Below are positions 52,632 to 64,000 of a stretch of 64,000 bases of DNA, piece after piece (within the stretch, counting starts at the first letter, position 1; every line of letters starts with the position of its first letter). Source of the DNA: Antedon mediterranea (taxonomy: Eukaryota > Animalia > Echinodermata); contig NC_092677.1 of the NCBI RefSeq assembly GCF_964355755.1, forward strand, positions 11,120,101 to 11,184,100, given 5' to 3'. The notes below the pieces were generated by a model, which saw only the letters and a program-made list of their open reading frames with translations, made no database searches and was not told where the DNA came from. The translations under genes and the position numbers were made by a program.

Positions 52632-53183
52632 ATGACGTAATGATGAATTATGTAATACACGTATAAATAGACTATTATCAGCTGTTCAGTCATGTACTAC
52701 TTTATGGCGTAACGGTTAATGCACAGGTTTGGGTACTCTCAGTTCTAGTAGTTTGGGTTCGAACCTCTACGGATATGTTTTTTTTCTAATGGAAAATAAT
52801 GATTTTTTTTTCTTTTATTTTGAAAGAGAGAATGTCAGGCCTAAAGAAGTGGATTTTTTTTTAAATCAGAAAAACAAATTTGCATGGCATTATTTTCCAT
52901 GACGTATTATGATGCATTACGTAATACATGTATAAATAGACTTATATCAGCTGTGCCGTCATGTACTACTTAGTGGCGTAACGGTTAATGCTCAGGTTTG
53001 GGTACTCTCAGCTCTAGTAGATTGGGTTCGAACCTCTACGGATATGTTTTTTTAAATGGAAAATAATGATTTTTTTTCTTTTATTTTGAAAGAGAGATAT
53101 TTTGAGGGTTGTAAATGTCAGGCCTAAACAAGTGGACTTTTTTTTTTAAATAGGAAACAAAGTTGCATGGCATTATTTTCCAT
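52632..53183 (+). repeat. Tandem duplication (~270-285 bp x2) carrying tRNA-like A/B boxes
   Basis: Units start ~52632 and ~52899; each has TGGCGTAACGG, GGTTCGAACC and a T run. Confidence 0.85.
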
Positions 53184-55020
53184 TGAATAAACTGCCATAA
53201 AACCTTGAAAAGAAGCCCATGTGCTCCTTCATTTTTAGTACTCTTGGGTGGGCTTCTTTTCCACTTGGAGTTCTTTTAGAGTTAGAGATTACTTTTGTAA
53301 ACTAAGAAAAACTAATTCAGTGACTTATTTCTATTTTAGTATCACTGTGCTCCACTGGCACCAAATTGGGTCCACTTGAGCACAGTAACATATGAAAAGA
53401 TATCACAATTTAGTGACTTTATTTCTATTTTATATCACTGTGCTCCACCGGTGCCAAATTTGGTCCACTGGACCCGTTACTATTTCTATTTCGGAAGTAA
53501 ATAAAGGCATAAATGGTAGAGAATGCTCCATCATCAGAATGACGCTCTGAATGTACTTCTAATAAATACATAATAACTGTACATCTTTTTTGTTCAATTT
53601 AATTTTAATAAATTCAAATTTATTACACTATATTATAGGCCAACGTAATTCCTATTGTCATAAAAAAAGTTAAATAATCTAAAGTAAGATTTCATTGATT
53701 GACTTTTGTTTATTGATTTTAACACCAAATCTACATCTTATAATACTGACTTGTTATATTATTATATATCATTCCACAGATATTATTGAAAATGTTTTAA
53801 AAAAAAAAGATTTTCTAAAAACATATCCACAGCACCTTATCTTTTTCTAAACTTTTATTCAGTTTCAAACTTTTTGTGAGTTACTGTACAACTAGCGAAT
53901 GAAATAGTTCTATCTAAACTGTGTACATGAATACATTGTTTTAGTACAGTAATATAAGTTTCTATTCAGGGTATAGTAATACGGTAATAAAATGTACACA
54001 ATAGTCCTATGGAAATTGGGTGCTTCATACTTTAACCACATAGTTTGTTGTGTGGGTTAACAAGACCTGCTTTCATGATGGACTGAACGCCCACGAATGC
54101 TCATAAAATTCTGAATTTTCTCTCAGTAGTCAAGCGGCATTAAAATGATCACGAATATAAAAATGTACAAGTTACCCCTTGGTGGTGTGTGGAGTTCTAT
54201 AGCCTAGATACCATAGCCACCAGACAAGTATAATCCATTTTAGATTAAAATACTTTTTTGGATTTACAATAAAAAAAAATCAATTAGTTTATTTTTATTA
54301 TAATTTTACCTAAAAATATACGTATACAATTTATTAAAACGTTGTTATTATATTATACAGTATCTTTTCTTTTGTAAAGATAAAATCATAGATTCAAAAT
54401 TGTTAAGAATAAAAATCATACGTCATTTATAGATTTTTATTTTCACAATTTTTGCACTTGAACAATTATACTCTAAGTAGAGTCAATGTTCAACATAACA
54501 TTCTGAGAACAAGAATATTTAAGAGAGAAATATATCTGGCTTAAGCTCTGTCTACACGTTTAAACATTGCAATATTTTAACTAAATTTTAAATAATGTAA
54601 AATCACATTTTATCAAAATACCTGTGTAATCTTACATATTATGTTTTCTGTACAATTTGTTAACCTTTTAGTAGTCATAGGGCGATAATCAGTGTTATTT
54701 TTATGTCTGAGGACCCCAATGGAAATAAGTTTTCTTTTAAACTTTCTTGGGTTATTCCTGGGTTCATTCTATTAATATTGTTATCTTGTGCTTTTTCTAT
54801 TTTATGTTTGTCTTGTATTTTTGAGTGAACCGAATAAAACTGAACTGAACTGAACTAAAAAAATGTGCCCAAATGTGGTAGTGATATGACATCATCGTTT
54901 TCCATGGTTGTTTACATCACATGTTTTGGTCACATAATAAAGTTTGATAGTGTAGACACAGCTTCAGGCTTTCACAAACATTGAGAATGACTACTTAGCG
55001 CAGTATAATGGGAACTGACA

Positions 55021-56181
55021 TTAAACAGACTGGTAGTTACTACTATCTGGTAGTGGTACAGATTCAGAGGAGGCCAAATCAGGTTGGATTTTCTTATCTG
55101 ACACAAATTCCGAGCTGGTGGGTAACTCAGATTCGAAATTACCATCTAACACACATTCAGAGTTGGTGCTCAACTCAAGTTGTTGGGGTTTTTCATCGGA
55201 CACCGATTCAGAGTTTGTGGTTAAATCAGATTCTTGTTTGACATCTGACACAATCTTTTCAACGGATATCACACCCCCTTCATCAGCAGATATCACACCC
55301 ACTTTACCAACATCATCAGTGACTGCAGCCATTTCTCCTTTATGTTTCTTTTGATGTAGCTTCAATTTGTCTTTTCGACTAAATTTCTGGCCGCATAATT
55401 CACATTGGTATGGTTTTTGTCCTGTGTGTATCCTTTCATGACGAACAAGATGGCTTCGACCGAGAAAACCCATTCCACATTCTCCACAAACATGCGATCG
55501 CTCACCAGTATGAACTTTGACATGAGCTTTGAGACTTCCAGGACCAGGGAAGCTCTTATCACATTGTTCACATTTCAGGAAACTTCCACCACTGTGTGTT
55601 TTCTCGTGTCGAATAAGATGTTCTTGTCGACTGAACCCTTTTCCGCATTGTTCACAAAACGCTGATTTTAAACCAGAGTGACCAAATTCATGACGTAGCA
55701 TATGGCTACGCCGCTTAAAGCCTTTACCGCATTCTCCGCATTTAAAAGGCTTATCTGCAGCGTGAACCTGTGTGTGTACTTTTAAATCGCTCATCTCCTT
55801 AAACTTTTCACTACATTGTCCACAGTGATGATGGTACACTTCATCACCAGCATGTGATGATTTTGCATGTCCTTTCATTTCTTGTTCGGTGCTGAATTTC
55901 AAGTTGCACTCATCACACTCGTATAAGGAAATTCCTTCATGATTCTTCTCCGTGTGGCGTGTCATGTGTTCTCGTCGCGTAAACCCTTTCCCACAATGAC
56001 CACATTTGAATGGTTTTCGACCAGTGTGTACTAACTGATGTCTAATCATGTGACTTCGCCTCGTGAACTTTCTATCGCACTCTGCACACTGATGTGCCTT
56101 CTCAAGCTTAGCGACTTCTTCTGGAAATTCCAATTTAACTGTGGAGTCTGACCCTTCTGTATCTTCGCACAGTACAGACAT
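55021..56181 (-). CDS. C2H2 zinc-finger protein with 9 fingers and an acidic repetitive tail
   Basis: Nine CxxC..HxxxH units with TGRKP/TGERS/TGQKP linkers. A splice acceptor at ~56203 indicates an upstream exon, so the N-terminus could be longer. Confidence 0.93.
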   Translation of the reverse strand: MSVLCEDTEGSDSTVKLEFPEEVAKLEKAHQCAECDRKFTRRSHMIRHQLVHTGRKPFKCGHCGKGFTRREHMTRHTEKNHEGISLYECDECNLKFSTEQEMKGHAKSSHAGDEVYHHHCGQCSEKFKEMSDLKVHTQVHAADKPFKCGECGKGFKRRSHMLRHEFGHSGLKSAFCEQCGKGFSRQEHLIRHEKTHSGGSFLKCEQCDKSFPGPGSLKAHVKVHTGERSHVCGECGMGFLGRSHLVRHERIHTGQKPYQCELCGQKFSRKDKLKLHQKKHKGEMAAVTDDVGKVGVISADEGGVISVEKIVSDVKQESDLTTNSESVSDEKPQQLELSTNSECVLDGNFESELPTSSEFVSDKKIQPDLASSESVPLPDSSNYQSV

Positions 56182-57564
56182 GTTGAATTATTCACATATG
56201 TCCCTGAAAAATTTAAAAGAAAGAAGTTACTCAAACTGCACTGGAATTATATAAGTTGTATGTTATGTATTCAATGTATCTCTATCTGTATGCGACTCGT
56301 ACAAACACCTTCCTAGGTTGTCGTTGCATGCAGGTCAGGCTCTGATGTGCAGCATCAATGATGACATGTCACATATGCCTATCTAAACTAATATTAATTG
56401 ATTATTACAGTATTAACTATTATTTGATCATCATATTAAATGTCTTATTATAAATAGGATAGAGTGAAGATAGTAGGCATTAAAAACAATAGATAGGCGA
56501 TAAATCAATGCCGCAAGTTATCCGTTTATTTTAGTAACTGGGTCGAAACGACCGAGCCACAATGCTTACCGGAACGCTGGGCCCTAAAATGATATTATAC
56601 TTAGTACCTGTTGAGTGTTTTCAGGTAAGCCTAGCTCTAACCACCGAATCAGTAGGAAAAAATGACAAATGAGAAAAAATAAATAAATTAGTGCATTAAT
56701 ATTTACTTTTTCCTGATTTTGTCCTTTGACCACTAAAATTACTTGAAGAGGTATAAAAGTATTTTCTTTTAAAAGCTAGCTAGGCCTAGCTAGGCGAGGC
56801 GGCGGCCACCATTATTCTTTTTTTTTATCTCCTATTACGTCATCATTGTTTACCCCCTCTTGTTGTCTCGGTTTTTAAACTTTTGGGTTTTCTCTATACA
56901 GTACAAGATAACTTTATTGTCAATTAATCCAACGAAAGATTTGAAATTGGTTTTTCTCATGGAAACTTAATATAAAAATAGAATAAAATCAGTAAAATGT
57001 TTAGAACACAAAGTAAAATACACAGTACAGTAAAATATACAGATTAAAAGGCATAATTATACAGGATTTACAAAATATAACAATTAATAACATTAAGGGG
57101 ATAAATGCGATTAGGTGTTCCCAGTTTATTATTATTATTTGTGTTTTTGTCGACAATCATTATATTTAAATATGCATTGTAGGACAAACGACAGTCGGTA
57201 CCGTGCTGTCCGTAACCTTGATGGTACATAGTCTTAGTCTACACGAAGGATGGATGAGTATCATCATTCATAATTGCAATTCGTTTCTGTTCCATTCGAT
57301 TATCGTACATTTCCATAACACTAGGCAGATTATTAAATAATACAAAATAAATACAAAATAAAACCTTTGGATTCTGTCTTATATCATGCGTGCATGCATA
57401 GAGAACGAACATTGTGTGTTTGCTTTTTATATAAATATATAGATAGATTAGTGTATTGTTCGTAATTTTCTGACATTATAAAACGGATTTTCTTAAATTA
57501 AGGGCACTAGACATAAAATTTACGAGATCATAAAAGGTCGCGTAAGCCAGAAAAAGAAAAGTGG

Positions 57565-57760
57565 TGTGCTCCCTTGCCCCTAGCACGGTAGGGCCCTCTC
57601 ATGTTACCTCCTCATGATCTGTGGTGGAAAGGGGGACGTTTAAATCTGTGAACCCCAAACACAGAAGCTCGCTTTAACTCTATTCCATCGAGACCGGCAT
57701 GGGGTTTGAACCCACGATAATCGTGTTCCACGACGCTCTACCGACTGAGCTATCCGGTCC
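57565..57760 (-). mobile_element. tRNA-derived SINE-type repeat
   Basis: TAGCTCAGTCGGTAGAGC..GGTTCAAACCCC; body homologous to 52360-52600. Confidence 0.65.
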
Positions 57761-58439
57761 TCTGATTTATAACCAGGTAAAATGAATACTAGTTTTGTTC
57801 TCTCAAGATGTCGGTTATGAATATGCCTATTTATGAGGTAACGATTAATTACGTCATAATAGGCACGTAGGATAGATAGGAGTACTCTCGGCTCTCCTTG
57901 AGGTACGGTTCCAATTCTCCGGATTTTTTTTTTTTTTTTTTTGCGCAAATAAATATTTGGTTTACGAACTTTTTATATAGACAATGATTATCCCGTTGCA
58001 AGATTGATGTTCAGTGCAAACTTCATACCAATCAGAGGTTGTACCGCGGCGTGCATAGAGGACAAACTTTTTGCGTTTGCCTTTTATAAAGATAATAAAA
58101 TAAGAATAAATCCATTATAAAAACAATTGGGCTGAAATAGCCAAAACAAGAAACAAGGGAACGAATTTATAATACTAATAGGAAACACTCAAAGAAAACG
58201 AAGGAATATCGGTATTATTTATTACAGCAGCTACACCAGCAGGCCCTAAACTAAACAAATAATAAGTAAAAGAACAATGTCATTCAAATTATTAGCATAT
58301 AAGGATGTACAGTATTTCCTAGTCATGCGCAGTTGTTGGAAGCTGTTTTGCAGATTGCGGAAGTCACGGTGTATGAGTTTTGCTGTTTTTGCTTTTATAA
58401 TATTCGTCGTTTTTGACGTTTATAAAAGACCTAGTTACA

Positions 58440-61256
58440 ATGCCGGTAAGTTTATTACTATTATTAGGAAAGTTCTTTTAACTAAAGCCCTGTTTTTTCA
58501 GATTATTTCTTATATAGGCCTATGTATTATAGCTATGGCCTATAGTAAAAGGCCTTGGTAGGAAACCATAATAACAAATAATAACGTATTATTATTATTT
58601 TGTATACTACATGAATGGATATTTTCCTACTACTAAACATCACCATTCAAATAGCGACATACATATTCCCAGGTGGCTTTATAATTATAGTAGACTGACA
58701 TTAGCCCCTACAAATTTGCATTATTATCACCACCTGTATTCCCATTTATGCCTCATTTCGCTCGGACCTTCAATACCACATTTAATGGTCTCTACATCAT
58801 CATTTTGAATGATAATATTTATATGGTTTAACTTTAAATATTGCTAAATCAAATTGAAACTACAATTTTGTTTTGATCTCGTTCTTCCGTGTTCATACGC
58901 CAAATCGGAAATCTTTAAAGTCAACTCAGAACTGGCAGCAGTGAGAGGGCGCTCAAATAACAGTTTTGATATACAGTAGGCCTACAAACATGCTCAACAT
59001 TTTGGAGTTTCAAATTATCTTATTATAAACATTTCTACTAATAGGGTATAGTAGTAATTTATTTTGAAAAATATTAATAAATTTTAATTTACAGTTATGA
59101 TATATATCTTTGTTCATGGCAGTTATGATATATATCTTTGTTCATGGCAGTTTCGGTTTCGGTTGCTAATTCACAAAAAAATATTGTTCTTGTTCTTAAG
59201 CTCTGTCTACACTATCAAACTAGTTTGACCAAAAAAAAGTATAATGTGCCCAAATATGGTAGTGATATGACATCATCGTTTTCCATGGTTGTTCACATTA
59301 CATGTTTTGGTCACATAATAAAGTTTGATAGTGTAGACACAGCTTCTTTACCGTGTCAATATACGATAGTTTAGACAGAGCGTTAGTTTTAAACCTCACG
59401 ATAGAAGATAATTTTGGTAACCCTTCAAATAACCAATTTAAAGGCTTTTTAAAACGATCTAACTTACAGGCTTATCATTCGTCGTTAACGTCTCAAAGGG
59501 ACATTGCCAAAATGGCTCTGCTGCCATTAAACACTAAATTCAAAGGTCCGGCTCCACCAGGCGGTAAGTTGACAATTTTGCAACACTAAGCTCTGTCTGC
59601 ACTATCAAACTTTATGTGAAAAAAAAATGATGTGATGTACCGATATATGGACATGATGATGTCATCATCACTACCATCTTTGGGCACATCCCACTTTTTT
59701 TGGCAAACTATTTTAATAGTGTAGACAGAGCTTTAACTTATGTTTCCTCTTGAATAATGCATAGGTATTTATACAAATTTGGAATGACATGATATTTTTA
59801 TATGATGAACTCTTTTTTTTATATAGATGGATCACTCGATATCATAGACGAAACTTTGCAATATTTTAAGTCGAATGTTTTCTTTAAGCAATATGAAATT
59901 AAGGCAAGTAAAATAACCTTTCTTTATTTGGCATCGGTGTTTTTCCCCACAGTTATATTAAAGATTGACCCCCTAAAACAATGGTTTTTTAAATGTTTTT
60001 GTCGAATATGCCATTTTATTGTCACATAATAGTTATTTACTTAAAACTGCGAAATGGACTATTCAGAGTCTAATTTTATCAACCTATCATTTTCATGAGA
60101 CAATACATTTTAACAATCGCATAGCTCATGTCTTGATCGGTATATTATGGTGCAATGCAAATACAAATACTTGTTTTACTTTAATTTTTGCCTAAAATGG
60201 TAGGGAACACCTCACCTTCATGCCCTTAAAAAGAGGGAGGGCTGTTGTTTTGTTACACATTGCGCCGCTAGATTATATTCATGTGTTAAAGGAGGGGCTT
60301 CTATATTTTGTCAGTTATTTGAACTATTATGTACAGTCAAAGTGTCTTTGCACAGTGATTGTGTTACCGAACCGTTTATTGTTTTCTTCACAGAGTTCAG
60401 CAGACAGAGTCCTCATCTACATCACGCTGTACATTACTGAGTGTTTGAAAAGATTACAAAGAGTGAGTAATTACAATCTCAACGATTTCAAGTTGATCAT
60501 TTTGATAGAAATAAGTCTCCTCCTAGACAAGCTGCTATATCCTATGAATGGTACAGTAGTCCATCCATCCATCAATTTGAAATAGGGTTTGCAAGTTGTA
60601 TCATAATTATATTATTTTGCAGTGTACTTTTCGAATTAGATGGAAGGGTCACCTTAAGCCAACACGATGTAACTCACTATAAACGCTTAAGCTTGGTTCC
60701 CACTAGCGACCCAACGTAACGCAACCTACGCAACGTAAGAAAATGCCCTTCCAATAATTGTGTTTGCCCCCGCCTGCGTGAAATCAAACCTGCGATTTTT
60801 GCAGCACTGTTGCGTTGTCGGTTCCCACTTGTGATTACGCAATACATCACTTTGCGTCGATATGTCGCTGCGTTGTGTTCTAGAGTGGGAACCACGCTTT
60901 ACTGGTGATCAGATCAGGGCCGTAGCCAGTGACGAGGCAGACGAGATCGCCATATTTTATATTAATAATTATATTTAAAGCATCTTTGCCTCTCGTCTGT
61001 TTTTAACCTCTCGCTACAACTTTCGGTAACTGGTTTATTAATTAAACAAAACACAACAATGGCCTATATATTTGTGAATGTCCGCATATTTTTTTATATA
61101 ATTTGCGTTTTATTTTTAGATTTCTTCAAAAAACAATGCATTAAAAGAAATGCAGACACTTGCAATTGAGAATTTTGACTTACCTGGAGATGCTAGATTT
61201 CCGCTGAATGCCCTTTATCAAAAACCGGCTAGAAGTGATCAAGGTAGGGTTGTTAG

Positions 61257-61295
<39 letters not shown>

Positions 61296-61531
61296 GGTTA
61301 TTTTTTGTCCATATATATACATAATATATATGTATATATAAAGTTTATTTTGTGTTTTTAATTTTTATTATAGATACACTGCGACAGTATTTGACACAAA
61401 TCCGTCAAGAGACTGGTCTTCGCCTCGTCGAGAAAGTGATAGATCCTGCAACAGACAAGCCTAGCAAATGGTGGTTGTGCTTTATTAAGAGACGTTTCAT
61501 GGATAAAAGTCTTTCAGGCCCAAGCAAGTAA
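58440..61531 (+). CDS. ARPC3: Actin-related protein 2/3 complex subunit 3 (p21-Arc), 6 coding exons
   Basis: Exons 58440-58445 (MP), 59470-59563 ([20 protein letters not shown]), 59827-59903 ([24 protein letters not shown] donor), 60394-60462 ([12 protein letters not shown]), 61120-61243, 61374-61531 ([26 protein letters not shown]). AATAAA at 61791. Confidence 0.97.
59589..59732. mobile_element. MITE family A copy
   Basis: TIRs and core; ~26 bp after an ARPC3 donor. Confidence 0.88.
60690..60898. mobile_element. Harbinger-type MITE family B
   Basis: Same TIR, flanked by TTA on both sides. Confidence 0.85.
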
Positions 61532-62251
61532 TCAGGGGCTCATCTTGAATATTGCGCTGGTTGGTATCTTCGTTATCTTGTCAGAAGGAGAGACCGAAAA
61601 GGACCACTGAAAAAAGATTGATCATGCCCAGGAAAGAGTATTCCCTTCCCTGATCATACTCATTCATGATCTATTTTTCTCCTAGAATTTTATAGTCTAA
61701 TAAATTTAATGTAATACCACTGTTTGCATGCAAAATCGACATTTATAGTTTTTTTAAATTAATGAATATTATATTGATTACAACAGTTATAATAAAAAAA
61801 AAATTTAAATGGTACTAATTGAAAATTGTTTTATTGTTTGTATACTGTATTTAAATACGAATTCTTTAAAAACTTTAAATTCAATACGTATATTTCAGTA
61901 TAGAGTATAAAGTTTTTTGTTCAAATTCATATTTCTAATACATTATCAATTGTTTAAAAACATTTAGTTTATTAATCAATTACTTATACAAATTAATCAT
62001 ACCGCCATCTATAGATCGCCAAAAACATTAATGATTTTTTCTCTCACGCGGAATTTTTTGTTGCGGCAACATAAACAAAAGACTGACTGTATGCTTCGTT
62101 CGTATGTTACGTTTTTTTCAAAAGAACTAGCCTAAATATGATAGCAAGAGGCCTATTAACTCTAAACAACTAAAAGGACACACTATAAGTAAGACGATCG
62201 CTTTTATATAAAAGTTTATTATGATTGTTACTATGAATTAGTAGTAGTATG

Positions 62252-62520
62252 CTAGGCCTAGGTTAGTCTAGGCCTTCTTCTTGAACAATTAATAATTATT
62301 AAGTAGGCCTCACTCGACTCATCCTCGGGCCGAGAATTTACTAACCAGGTAGACTAGTACTAGGCCTAGGCCTATATAGCATTATAATATCCGTACTAGC
62401 ACCAGTCGTCGCTAGGCTTAGTCTTATGCTAGCCGGCTCTGTAGCCTACTAAAGTAGTAACTAGGCCTAGCCTAGGTAATTATTAATATTAGTTAGGCGG
62501 CCAGGGCCTATCAAGGGCCA
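62252..62520. repeat. TAGGCCTA/CCTAGG field in presumed SNX16 first intron
   Basis: Follows a candidate donor GTAAGA at ~62189. Confidence 0.7.
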
Positions 62521-63296
62521 GGCTTGGTTAAAAAGAATGTCGTACATAGACATTTTCAATCTATCTATAAAAGGTTTTCGCTTTGTCTACTCTTTTTTGT
62601 CATCTTGTTGACATTAATCAAAGAAAGCTAAAAAAAAGCATTTATTTATACACACAAAGAAAGCCATTTAATAAATAAAAAATCTTGTTTACAGTTTTGT
62701 ATGTTTATTAATCCATGGTTTATTTTAAACTGGACTGTGTGTACAGACTCTAAGGTCAAGGTGGATCAAACAAAAAACAATCATAAGCAAGTGACCCATA
62801 ATGAACAAGTGTTAAAAATCATTAGGGCATTCAGATGTTTTTGTTTTAAATCCATCCAATCCTGGTCCAATACAAATACTATAAATATCTACAATTTAAT
62901 GTAACGGTTTATAACTGAACTCATTATTCCACTGTCGATACCTTAAAATGGCTGAGTTTGCTTGTACATTTGAACTGTGAGTACCCATAAATAATTGTAA
63001 TAGCAGTAGTAATGTGTTTTATTGATTTAATATGGTTATAAACTTTTACTGTATAGGTTTTGTTAATCTTTTGTTAATTCTATTTATTTAATTTTTAATT
63101 GTTGCATGTCTCGTCATGTTGTATTTTTGTAAGGGTCCCTAATGACGGCTGGATGGACCACACTCGTAAAATATTGTTGAAATAAAATAAATTCAGAAAG
63201 TACCTATTGTCTAACTTTGTATATTTCAACATAAATTTCATCAATTTCTTCCTGTTCAGATATTTAAATGAAGTAAGAAGCAATTATCAGAAGACA

Positions 63297-63611
63297 ATGG
63301 AATCGGTTGTAGACACTGTGGTGGGTAGTTTCGATTCATCGCATTTAGTACCGCGCTCGATGTCGCCCGCTTCTCTCATGGATATAGATTTAGATAAGGA
63401 GTCTTACTCGGAGGAGTTTTACACGGAGCCGGTGCGAAGCAGCTCCTTGCTCAATGGTGAGGAAGATACCTTGTCAGATGATGATATCAAAATTGAAAGA
63501 GAGCGTGCAAATTCATGTGGTTCACAAACAGATGTGTCATCACTTTCAATCGAAGATCTTTATGTACCCATCGTGGGGTATGAAGTGATGGAGCAAAGAG
63601 CAAGATTCACG
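63297..63611 (+). CDS. SNX16: Sorting nexin 16, first coding exon (start of PX domain); gene continues beyond the window
   Basis: Exon 63260-63611 (AG..GT) ends in PIVGYEVMEQRARFT, matching the SNX16 PX N-terminus (ILGYEVMEERAKFT), after an acidic/Ser-rich leader. Start Met inferred. Confidence 0.85.
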
Positions 63612-64000
63612 GTAAGCATTCAACCATGACGAATTCCTTTTCAGAATCAATAAAATAGAATTTCAAATAGATTTGAAATTTGTACAGTTTATGCTGTACA
63701 TACAGTAGTACGTTATAAAAGATAGAAACATGGTTGAATAAACACTTTTAACTTTGTTTAAAAGACGGAAAAATGTTTTAAAATGGTTGAGTAAACACAT
63801 ATAATGTTGTTTGAAAGTAACCCAGGTGTAATTTTATGAACTACTGAAGGTTAATAATCAACAAGTTGTAAACAAATACTGTACTTGGACTCAAACAAGT
63901 TTATTGTGTTTGTTCAAACTATACAGTTCAGTGTCCTCCTTACTGAATTGCTTTCAATACTATAGTTCTATTCTATAGAACTATCACATTTTGAAGTTAA

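Noticed and set aside
59092-59153. Small tandem duplications (also 26192-26231 and 53319-53470)
   Set aside because: Ordinary slippage duplications with no further signal.

Overview
AT-rich, intron-rich animal genomic DNA. The gene and repeat style suggests a marine invertebrate, possibly an echinoderm (inference). Spliced genes reconstructed by hand: a monoamine oxidase (minus strand, 14 coding exons, 3' end runs off the window start), PEPD (plus, 15 exons, complete), WDR59 (minus, 24 coding exons, complete), a 9-finger C2H2 zinc-finger gene (minus), ARPC3 (plus, 6 exons, one GC-AG intron) and the first coding exon of SNX16 (plus). Two intronless ORFs (332 and 473 aa) with a shared coiled-coil N-terminus sit inside one 9.6 kb WDR59 intron on the same strand as WDR59. 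Non-coding DNA is full of short repeats: about 19 copies of a Harbinger-type MITE, other MITEs, tRNA-derived SINEs, LINE 3' ends, and Penelope-like fragments with minimal hammerhead ribozymes. The most unusual signals are: the nested gene pair; a minisatellite made of GT-inactivated copies of a WDR59 splice donor; a WDR59 exon fragment copied into a PEPD intron between MITE ends; MITE clustering next to exon boundaries; TAGGCCTA/CCTAGG palindrome fields near the 5' ends of five genes; and a WDR59 3' UTR apparently built from degenerate copies of its RING-coding end. Coordinates were read by eye and may be off by a few bases. No database searches were run.
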